Below, piece after piece: positions 56,442 to 64,000 of a DNA stretch of 64,000 nt. Location: NCBI GenBank assembly GCA_045563015.1, contig JBJKUQ010000016.1, positions 9,280 to 73,279 on the forward strand, read 5' to 3'. Made by a program: the position numbers and the translations under genes. The DNA is from Alphaproteobacteria bacterium. GTDB lineage: Bacteria; Pseudomonadota; Alphaproteobacteria; Methylaequorales; Methylaequoraceae. The notes beneath the pieces were generated by a model. It was given only the letters and a program-made list of their open reading frames with translations, did no database searches and was not told the DNA's origin. Within the stretch, counting starts at the first letter, position 1; the number at the start of each line of letters is the position of its first letter.

Positions 56442-57719
56442 ATGAAAGAAGAAACAATAGTTTTACATGCTGGTCACAGACGAGATGAAACAACAACATC
56501 AGTTGCAGTTCCAATTTACCAAACAACATCATATCAGTTTAATAATACAGAACATGCATCAAAATTATTTTCACTACAAGAGCTCGGGAATATTTACACT
56601 CGAATTATGAACCCAACATGTGCTGTTCTTGAAGAAAGAATGGCAAAACTTGAGGGAGGAGTTGCAGCAATGGCATTGAGTTCTGGTCAGGCTGCTTCAG
56701 CTTATTCAATTCAAAATATTTGTCATTCAGGAGATAATTTTGTTAGCTCCACTGATCTATACGGTGGAACATGGAACTTATTTTCTAACACCATGAAAGA
56801 AATGGGTATCGAATGCAGATTTGTTGACCCAGCCAAACCTGAAGAGTTTAATAATGCTATTGATGATAAAACAAGGTGTATATATGCTGAAACACTGCCA
56901 AACCCTAAACTTCAAGTATTTCCAATAAGTGAAGTTGGTAAGATTGCCAAAGAAAATAAAATTCCATTAATTGTTGATAATACTGCAGCACCCTACATCT
57001 CTAAACCATTGTCTTATGGTGCAAATATAGTTGTATATTCAACAACAAAATATATCGGAGGACACGGTATATCAATTGGGGGGTTAATCATTGATGGTGG
57101 TAATTTTGATTGGGAAAGTGCAGGTGACAAATTTAAGATGCTAAATTCACCAGATCCAAGTTATCATGGGGCTATTTGGTCTCAAGCTGCCAAACCTCTT
57201 GGACCCATAGCTTACATATTGAGGGCGAGAGTAATATTACTAAGAGATCTTGGGGCATCAATGAGCCCTTTTAATGCTTTTACATTTATTCAAGGACTTG
57301 AGACTTTACCACTAAGAATGCAAAGACACTGTGAAAATGCAGATAAAGTAGCAAAGTTTCTCGACTCTCACAAAAAAATTGAGAAAGTTATTTATCCTGG
57401 CCTTATGAAAGGTATCTACCTTGAAAGGGCTAAACAATACATGAAAAATGGTTATGGTGCGTTAATTGGATTTGAGTTGAAAGATGGTATTGATTCTGGG
57501 AAAAAGTTTATTGATAATCTAAAGCTATTTTACCACGTTGCTAATATCGGTGATGCAAGATCTTTAGCAATTCATCCCTCTTCTACAACCCATTCCCAAC
57601 TCTCAAAGGATGAGCAAGCTTCTTCTGGAGTTACTCCAGGATATGTTCGACTTTCTATAGGTATTGAACACATTGATGATATATTGGAAGATTTAGAGCA
57701 AGCCCTAAGTAATTCTTAA
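56442..57719 (+). CDS. metY: O-acetylhomoserine aminocarboxypropyltransferase (sulfhydrylase)
   Basis: Cys/Met-metabolism PLP family; ...YSTTKYIGGHG; 425 aa. Confidence 0.9.
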   Translation: MKEETIVLHAGHRRDETTTSVAVPIYQTTSYQFNNTEHASKLFSLQELGNIYTRIMNPTCAVLEERMAKLEGGVAAMALSSGQAASAYSIQNICHSGDNFVSSTDLYGGTWNLFSNTMKEMGIECRFVDPAKPEEFNNAIDDKTRCIYAETLPNPKLQVFPISEVGKIAKENKIPLIVDNTAAPYISKPLSYGANIVVYSTTKYIGGHGISIGGLIIDGGNFDWESAGDKFKMLNSPDPSYHGAIWSQAAKPLGPIAYILRARVILLRDLGASMSPFNAFTFIQGLETLPLRMQRHCENADKVAKFLDSHKKIEKVIYPGLMKGIYLERAKQYMKNGYGALIGFELKDGIDSGKKFIDNLKLFYHVANIGDARSLAIHPSSTTHSQLSKDEQASSGVTPGYVRLSIGIEHIDDILEDLEQALSNS

Positions 57720-58723
57720 TGTCAAACTTTAATTCAACTGGCTTTCCTATGCACAGGGGGAGAAGGTTAAGAAAATCGAAAAACATTAGAGATTTATTTG
57801 CAGAATCAAATTTAACAACTAATGACCTTGTTATGCCTTACTTTATTAGAGAAAGAGATGATGAGGAAAAAATTATCAGTATGCCTGGAATTAAAAGATA
57901 TACAGAAGAAGAACTTCTATATGAACTTGAAGAAATTACTAAAAAAAATTTAAATACAATTTCTCTCTTTCCTAAAATTAAAAATGGGAAAAAAACAACA
58001 GATGGCTCCGAGAGTTTAAATAGTAATAATTTAGTTTGTAAAACACTAAGAAAAATAAAAAAAAATTTCCCAGAAATAACTGTTATTTGCGACGTAGCTC
58101 TTGATGCCTATACTTCAAGTGGCCACGATGGAATAATAAACTCCGATGGAACAATTGATAATGATAAAACAATAAAAATGTTAGCAAAAATGGCAGAACT
58201 TTTTGCTTCAAATGGCTGTGATATTGTAGCACCAAGTGATATGATGGACGGCAGAATAAAAGTCATCAGAAAAAAATTAGAAGAATCAAAAAACTTTAAT
58301 ACTTGTATACTATCCTACAGCTCTAAATTTGCTTCTAATTTTTATTCTCCTTTTAGAGACGCACTTGGTAGTCAAAAAAACTTAAACAACTCTCCAAAAG
58401 ATACTTACCAGATTGATTATAGAAATAAACGTGAGGCCATTAAAGAATCATTAGAAGATATTAATGAAGGTGCAGATATTTTAATGGTTAAACCAGCCAT
58501 TTATTATCTTGACATATTAAGTGAGATAAAACAAAAATCTAATGTTCCTGTAGCTGCCTATCAAGTTAGTGGAGAATATTCAATGATAAAACTAGGAGCT
58601 CAAAATGGAATTTTAAAACTTAAAGAGTGTGTTTTAGAAAGTCTTTTATGTATTAAAAGATCAGGCGCTGATATTATTTTCTCATATTTTAGTAAAGACG
58701 TGATCAACTGGCTTCATGAATAA
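57719..58723 (+). CDS. hemB: Porphobilinogen synthase (delta-aminolevulinic acid dehydratase)
   Basis: RRLRKS...VMPYFI; active-site Lys regions; starts on metY stop (TAATG). Confidence 0.9.
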   Translation: MSNFNSTGFPMHRGRRLRKSKNIRDLFAESNLTTNDLVMPYFIRERDDEEKIISMPGIKRYTEEELLYELEEITKKNLNTISLFPKIKNGKKTTDGSESLNSNNLVCKTLRKIKKNFPEITVICDVALDAYTSSGHDGIINSDGTIDNDKTIKMLAKMAELFASNGCDIVAPSDMMDGRIKVIRKKLEESKNFNTCILSYSSKFASNFYSPFRDALGSQKNLNNSPKDTYQIDYRNKREAIKESLEDINEGADILMVKPAIYYLDILSEIKQKSNVPVAAYQVSGEYSMIKLGAQNGILKLKECVLESLLCIKRSGADIIFSYFSKDVINWLHE

Positions 58724-58800
58724 ATATGACATAAGACTTGATTTTTCAGGATGAAGGATTTAAAAAAACTTAAGTTAATTTAAACAGGAGATTATTAATA

Positions 58801-59982
58801 ATGTCAAGAAAACACCCAGGTAGATTTCATATTTTCATTCCAGGTCCAACTAATATTCCAGAAAGAATATTAAATGCGATGCATATTTCATCAGAAGATC
58901 AAAGAAACCCTGAAATCCCTGACTTAACAATACCACTGTATAAAGATGTTAAGAAAGTATTCAAATCAGATAAAGGTACGGTTTTTCTTTTTCCAGGCTC
59001 AGGAACTGGTGCATGGGAGTCAGCAATTATAAATACAATGTCTCCTGATGAAAAGGTTCTCATATATAGATTTGGTCAATTCAGTCACCTGTGGGCTGAT
59101 ATGTTTCAAAGACTTGGTCTTAATGCAGAGATTGTAGATCGTGAATGGGGAACAGGAACACCACCAGAGGATGTTGAAAAAGTTTTAAAAGCCGATACTG
59201 ACCACAAAATCAAGGTAGTATGTGTTACTCAAAATGAAACAGCAACCGGCGTTACATCAAATGTTAAAGATATTAGAGATGCTATGGACGCTGCAAATCA
59301 TCCAGCATTATTATTTGTAGATGGAGTAAGCTCAATAGCATCTATCGACTTTAGAATGGATGAATGGGGTGTAGACTGCGCTATATCAGGTTCTCAAAAA
59401 GGTTTTATGCTTCCCTCAGGTATGGCAATTATGTGTGTAAGCGAAAAGGCATTGGAAGCTCATAAATCTGCTCAACTTAAAAGATGTTACTATTCATGGG
59501 AAGATCAAATAGCAACTAATAAAGATGGATATTTCCCATACACACCACAAATACCAATGCTTAGAGCACTTCAGGAATCGTGTAATATGATATTTGAAGA
59601 AGGTATCGAAAATGTATTTAAGAGACATAACAGAATTGCTGAAGGAGTCAGAAAAGCTGTTCAAGATGGCTGGGGGCTAAGTCTATGTGCTAAAGATCCT
59701 TATTGGTATTCTGACACAGTTACAGCAATTGTTGTACCTGAGGACAAGGATGCTAAAGAAGTTATTTCAACTGCTTTCAATAAATATCATTTGTCTTTAG
59801 GAGCTGGTCTTACAAAAGTTGCAGGTAAAGTATTTAGAATTGGTCACTTAGGAGATCTTAACGAACTTCAAGCTGCCGCTGCAATTCAAGGTGCTGAAAT
59901 GGCTATGATAGACAGTGGAATAGCAGTTGAGCCAGGTAGTGGAAACGCTGCAGCATCAGAGTTTTGGAGAAAAAATATATAA
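58801..59982 (+). CDS. Class V aminotransferase, serine--glyoxylate/alanine--glyoxylate type
   Basis: IPGPTNIPERIL N-terminus; SGSQKGFMLPSG PLP-Lys region. Confidence 0.7.
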   Translation: MSRKHPGRFHIFIPGPTNIPERILNAMHISSEDQRNPEIPDLTIPLYKDVKKVFKSDKGTVFLFPGSGTGAWESAIINTMSPDEKVLIYRFGQFSHLWADMFQRLGLNAEIVDREWGTGTPPEDVEKVLKADTDHKIKVVCVTQNETATGVTSNVKDIRDAMDAANHPALLFVDGVSSIASIDFRMDEWGVDCAISGSQKGFMLPSGMAIMCVSEKALEAHKSAQLKRCYYSWEDQIATNKDGYFPYTPQIPMLRALQESCNMIFEEGIENVFKRHNRIAEGVRKAVQDGWGLSLCAKDPYWYSDTVTAIVVPEDKDAKEVISTAFNKYHLSLGAGLTKVAGKVFRIGHLGDLNELQAAAAIQGAEMAMIDSGIAVEPGSGNAAASEFWRKNI

Positions 59983-59990
59983 TATAGATT

Positions 59991-60962
59991 ATGTCTGATT
60001 TTAAAGTTCTAGTTACAAGAAAATGGCCAAAGTCTGTTGAAAAGGAACTCAAAGAAAACTTTGATACGACACTTAGTACTGACGATATACCTTTATCTAG
60101 CGAAGCCCTGTCTGATGCAATGGAAAAATTTGATGCATTACTTCCAACTGTAACAGATAAAATAACTGATCAGATACTTTCTTCACCTAATAAAAGAGTA
60201 AAAATAATTGGTAATTTTGGTGTTGGATTTAATAATATAGATATAGATTCAGCAAAAAAAAATAACCTTGTAGTAACAAATACACCTGAAGTTCTAACGG
60301 ACTGTACGGCCGATATAGCAATGCTTCTTATGTTGGGTTCAGCAAGGAGAGGATCTGAAGGTGAATACCACGTAAGAAAAACTGAGTGGGACGGTTGGCG
60401 GCCAACACATATGATGGGGACCAAAGTTACTGGAAAAACTCTGGGTCTTATTGGTATGGGAAGAATCGCTCAAGCAATGGCACAAAAATCTCATTTTGGT
60501 TTTAATATGAAAATAATTTTTCACGACCCATATTTTAAAGATGAAAGTATTATAAGGAAATTTAAAGCAGAAAGATGTGAAAGTATCGATGAGTTACTAT
60601 CAAAGTCAGATTTTGTTTCACTTCACTGCCCCTCAACAAAAGAAACTCAGGGATTAATAAATTACAAGTCTCTTTCTAAGATGAAAAGTTCGGCATATCT
60701 TATTAATACTGCTAGAGGAGATATCGTAGTAGAAAATGATCTTGCAAAAGCTTTAGATGAAAAAATTATCATGGGTGCTGGTTTAGATGTCTATGAAATG
60801 GAACCCAAGGTAAATGAAAAACTTTTAAAATTAAAGAATGTTTTTTTACTACCTCATCTTGGAAGTGCAACAAATGAAACAAGAGAAGCTATGGGGATGA
60901 GAGTCCTTGAAAATGTAAAATCTTTTTTCAATGGGTCCGAGCCTAGAGATAGAGTAGTATAA
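59991..60962 (+). CDS. D-isomer-specific 2-hydroxyacid dehydrogenase (glyoxylate/hydroxypyruvate reductase-like)
   Basis: GLIGMGRIAQAMA NAD fold; catalytic R..E..H arrangement. Confidence 0.75.
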   Translation: MSDFKVLVTRKWPKSVEKELKENFDTTLSTDDIPLSSEALSDAMEKFDALLPTVTDKITDQILSSPNKRVKIIGNFGVGFNNIDIDSAKKNNLVVTNTPEVLTDCTADIAMLLMLGSARRGSEGEYHVRKTEWDGWRPTHMMGTKVTGKTLGLIGMGRIAQAMAQKSHFGFNMKIIFHDPYFKDESIIRKFKAERCESIDELLSKSDFVSLHCPSTKETQGLINYKSLSKMKSSAYLINTARGDIVVENDLAKALDEKIIMGAGLDVYEMEPKVNEKLLKLKNVFLLPHLGSATNETREAMGMRVLENVKSFFNGSEPRDRVV

Positions 60963-60968
60963 TCTAAA

Positions 60969-62318
60969 ATGGACTTTGAAGAACTTGGTCGTAATAAAGT
61001 AGCATCCAAATTTTTATTAGATTTATTCAACTTTGGTGTTTCAAAAGTCCAACCAAAAAATATTCTAAAAGACTTTTTAGAAGTCTCAAATGATAAAGTT
61101 ACAATTAAAGGGACATCAAAGAAAACAACATATACAAAAATAAATAAAATTATTATTATTTGCGTTGGAAAAGCATCTGTTGATATGGCGGAAACTGCTA
61201 AAAAAATTTTTTCAAAATCATCTCTTCAACTTGAACAAAAAGTTCTAGTTGTAAATAAAGAAAATTATAAAAAAGTATCAGGTTTTAAGTGTTTTGTATC
61301 TGGTCACCCAATTCCTAATTCAAATGGACTGATTGCTTCTAAATTCATAGAAAATAAAATTGGGAAATTAACTAAAGATGATCTTGTACTAATTTTTGTT
61401 TCTGGTGGTGGTTCTGCAATGCTCCCATATCCTGTAAAATCAATCTCATTGAAAGATAAAATAGAAACTAATAAAATTTTATTGGAATCTGGAGCAAATA
61501 TTCGGCAAATTAATTCTGTAAGAAAACATTTATCCAAAATCAAAGGTGGTAATTTTATAAAAATGTGTTCACCTGCAAAAGTTCACGGTTTAATACTATC
61601 TGATGTAGTTGGAGATGATTTAGGCTCCATAGCTAGTGGAATGACTGTTTGTGACAACTCAAGTTTTTTTGATGTATTAAAAATTTTAAAAAACTATAAA
61701 ATTCTTGAGAGTATTCCACAAAAAGTCAAAAAATACTTATTTCAGGGGTGCGAAAATAGTAAACTTGAGACACCTAAAAAAAATGATCCTATTTTCAAAC
61801 AAGTCAAAAACACACTTATTGGAAGTAACTATCAATGTATCCAGAATATTAAAAATCTAAAAAAAAATATAGACTCAAAAATTTTTTTTAAAGATGTTGA
61901 TGAAGATGTTGAAAGTTTTTCCAGAAAATTTGTAAATAAACTTCAAAAATTTGATTATAATAAACCTATTCTTTTGATTTCTGGTGGAGAAACAACAGTT
62001 AAAATTAAGGGTAATGGAAAAGGTGGCAGAAATCAAGAATTTGCACTTCATTTCCTATTAGAAATGAATAAAAAATTACCTAATAAAAAATTTTTTTTAT
62101 TATCAGCTGGAACTGATGGAAGAGATGGCCCTACAAATGCTGCTGGTGCAATAGTCAATAATGGTAGTCTAGAATTGATTGAAAAAAAAAAAATTAATAT
62201 TATCAAAGAACTTCATAACAATAATTCATATAAAGTATTGAAAAAAATAAACTCTCTTATAATAATTAAAGGAACAAATACTAATGTTGCTGATATTCAA
62301 TTACTCTTACTTTTTTAA
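60969..62318 (+). CDS. Glycerate 2-kinase (MOFRL family)
   Basis: ISGGETTVKIKGNGKGGRNQEFAL hallmark; DUF4147-like N-domain. Confidence 0.7.
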   Translation: MDFEELGRNKVASKFLLDLFNFGVSKVQPKNILKDFLEVSNDKVTIKGTSKKTTYTKINKIIIICVGKASVDMAETAKKIFSKSSLQLEQKVLVVNKENYKKVSGFKCFVSGHPIPNSNGLIASKFIENKIGKLTKDDLVLIFVSGGGSAMLPYPVKSISLKDKIETNKILLESGANIRQINSVRKHLSKIKGGNFIKMCSPAKVHGLILSDVVGDDLGSIASGMTVCDNSSFFDVLKILKNYKILESIPQKVKKYLFQGCENSKLETPKKNDPIFKQVKNTLIGSNYQCIQNIKNLKKNIDSKIFFKDVDEDVESFSRKFVNKLQKFDYNKPILLISGGETTVKIKGNGKGGRNQEFALHFLLEMNKKLPNKKFFLLSAGTDGRDGPTNAAGAIVNNGSLELIEKKKINIIKELHNNNSYKVLKKINSLIIIKGTNTNVADIQLLLLF

Positions 62319-62320
62319 AT

Positions 62321-63052
62321 ATGGAAGAACTTAATAATCAAAAACTTTTTTTTCAAAGATCAATTTCATTTCCATGCTCATATTTAAGTGGAGAAACTGA
62401 AAAAAGGCTTTATGTCAATCTTGAAAATTTAAAAACAATTAACTTTTTAGTTTCCGACCTAACAAAAAATGGTTTTAGGAGAAGTCACAGTCATATGTAT
62501 ATACCAATTTGCGAAACTTGTAACTCTTGTATACCCTCAAGAATTAATGTTACAAAATTTAATAAATCCAAAAGCAATAAAAGAATACTTAAGAGTAATA
62601 CTGATCTTTTTTTAGTAAAAAATAATAGCGATATTAAGAATCAACGTTTCAAGTTATTTCATGAATATTGTAAAGAAAGACATAAAGATAGCCCTATGTC
62701 GAAAATGACTGAAAATGAGTTTTCAGATTTTTTTTATAAATCAAAAAATAAAACCGTGATATATGACTTAATTGATGATTCACAAAATATATTTGGTTCC
62801 ATTCTTTTAGATTGCCTTGAAGATGGATATTCGGCCGTTTATAGTTTTTTTAAACCTCATGAAAAAAAAAGAAGTCTTGGCAAACTTCTTATTTTAAATG
62901 TGATTGATAAACTTAAATCACTTGATTTATCCTTCCTCTATTTGGGGTATTGGATTAAGAGTTCTCAGAAAATGAATTATAAATATTCCTTCAACAATTT
63001 TGAACTCTACCAAAATGGTAAATGGATAGAAAAAGAAACTAAAGATTTCTAA
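62321..63052 (+). CDS. bpt: Aspartate/glutamate leucyltransferase (bacterial Ate1-like, Bpt)
   Basis: FRRSHSHMYIPICETCNSC...GYWIK motifs of the arginyl/leucyl-tRNA protein transferase family. Confidence 0.65.
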   Translation: MEELNNQKLFFQRSISFPCSYLSGETEKRLYVNLENLKTINFLVSDLTKNGFRRSHSHMYIPICETCNSCIPSRINVTKFNKSKSNKRILKSNTDLFLVKNNSDIKNQRFKLFHEYCKERHKDSPMSKMTENEFSDFFYKSKNKTVIYDLIDDSQNIFGSILLDCLEDGYSAVYSFFKPHEKKRSLGKLLILNVIDKLKSLDLSFLYLGYWIKSSQKMNYKYSFNNFELYQNGKWIEKETKDF

Positions 63053-63752
63053 TCTTTTCAATCATCTGACTTCTTATAACTAATTTATTAGTATCAAATT
63101 CAAAGCTCTTCCTCAGAAAGAAGCTTATTATTTTTAATGCATTACAATAATCATGATAATCATTCGATATTATTTTACTTTTGAAACAGTTTGGAATCTT
63201 AAAAAGTTTTTTATCATATTTTTTTCCTACTTTATAAGTAACAGAATTTCCTGATTTTGGAGAAATATAAAATATATTTTCTTTTGAACCACTTACACTA
63301 CATTCATTTAAATTAATACCATAGCCTGTATATTGTAAAAAATTTAATTCCCACCAAATATAAGATTCAATAATTAATCCTATTTTTTGATTTAAAATAT
63401 CAAGTAATTCACTTAGTTCATTATATATTTCAATATTTTTTTGCCATGGTGGTAAAAAGTTAAGACATAATTCACTTGCTGAGGATTTAATTAAATTTAC
63501 TAAAAATCCATTATTATGGAGATTCAAACCAGAATCTAAATTTAACTTAACAAAACCTAAATTATCTTGATGTTTTGCTTTCCATACAAAACTTATCCTA
63601 TCAAGGGTCATAAAAGAATGAGAGTCTTTTTTTGTAAATTTGGTTAAACTTTTAATTAGACCATGATTTTTTGAAAAAATAAAAACTATACTAGATTTTT
63701 CTCCATATTGTTTAGACCCTAAGAAAAAACCTTTATCTTCAACTTGCATCAA
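63039..63752 (-). CDS. recO: DNA repair protein RecO
   Basis: N-terminal OB-fold pattern (GFFLGSKQYGEKSSIVFIFSKNHGLI); immediately downstream of era as in most bacteria; likely ATG at 63749. Confidence 0.6.
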   Translation of the reverse strand: MMQVEDKGFFLGSKQYGEKSSIVFIFSKNHGLIKSLTKFTKKDSHSFMTLDRISFVWKAKHQDNLGFVKLNLDSGLNLHNNGFLVNLIKSSASELCLNFLPPWQKNIEIYNELSELLDILNQKIGLIIESYIWWELNFLQYTGYGINLNECSVSGSKENIFYISPKSGNSVTYKVGKKYDKKLFKIPNCFKSKIISNDYHDYCNALKIISFFLRKSFEFDTNKLVIRSQMIEKIRNL

Positions 63753-64000
63753 TTAAAATCTATTAGAAACTTTTAAGTCTAAAAAAATTTTTCGTTTGAG
63801 TAATTTTTCTATTTCAAGCCTTGCTCTAATTCCAATTTGTTTAATTTTTGATCCACCTTTTCCAATTAAAATTGATTTTTGCGATTTTTTAGCAACAAAT
63901 ATTATCTGCTCTATTTTATTTTGTTTTTTGAGATTTTCTAATGAAGTTTTAATTTCTATTGAATATGGAATTTCTTTGTTTAATAATTCAAAAACTTTTT
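63753..64000 (-). CDS. era: GTPase Era, C-terminal KH-domain fragment (runs off window)
   Basis: Reverse-strand translation ...EIPYSIEIKTS...VAKKSQKSILIGKGGSKIKQIGIRARLEIEKLL...F* matches Era KH domain. Confidence 0.6.
   Translation of the reverse strand, partial: KVFELLNKEIPYSIEIKTSLENLKKQNKIEQIIFVAKKSQKSILIGKGGSKIKQIGIRARLEIEKLLKRKIFLDLKVSNRF

Noticed and set aside
60170-60524. Two minus-strand ORFs (84 and 61 aa) inside the 2-hydroxyacid dehydrogenase gene
   Set aside because: They are antisense to a well-supported CDS and have no domains.

Overview
The window reads as an AT-rich (about 29% GC), gene-dense, streamlined alphaproteobacterial chromosome segment. The gene order resembles SAR11/Pelagibacterales; this is an inference from composition and synteny, not a database hit. 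Positions 43-22020 on the minus strand carry the contiguous ribosomal/transcription supercluster secE-nusG-rplKAJL-rpoBC-rpsLG-fusA-tuf-S10-spc, ending at rplE. Positions 22800-29600 form a tRNA-punctuated accessory segment: tRNA-Trp, tRNA-Gly, an ArsC-family gene, tRNA-Tyr, rlmB, a PNPOx-like gene, a CPBP protease gene, msrA, then a clear cobalamin riboswitch driving a TonB-dependent receptor with an overlapping tonB, then tRNA-Glu. After that come housekeeping blocks: recJ, pfk, hom, argC-rpsI-rplM, tRNA-Pro-merR-ihfA-fabH-plsX-rpmF, bamE, H+-PPase, thiL-nusB-ribHBAED-nrdR-glyA-rpiB, an alanine/glycine symporter, a bioF-bioH-bioC-bioD-bioA cluster, metY, hemB, an aminotransferase/hydroxypyruvate-reductase/glycerate-kinase trio, bpt, recO and a partial era. 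The most notable items are: the B12 riboswitch plus TonB-dependent-receptor/TonB module in an otherwise SAR11-like context; a frameshifted fabH; low-complexity C-terminal tails on ribosomal proteins L3 and L22; and a RibBA whose GTP cyclohydrolase II domain lacks its zinc cysteines. No transposase, integrase, CRISPR array or rRNA was seen.
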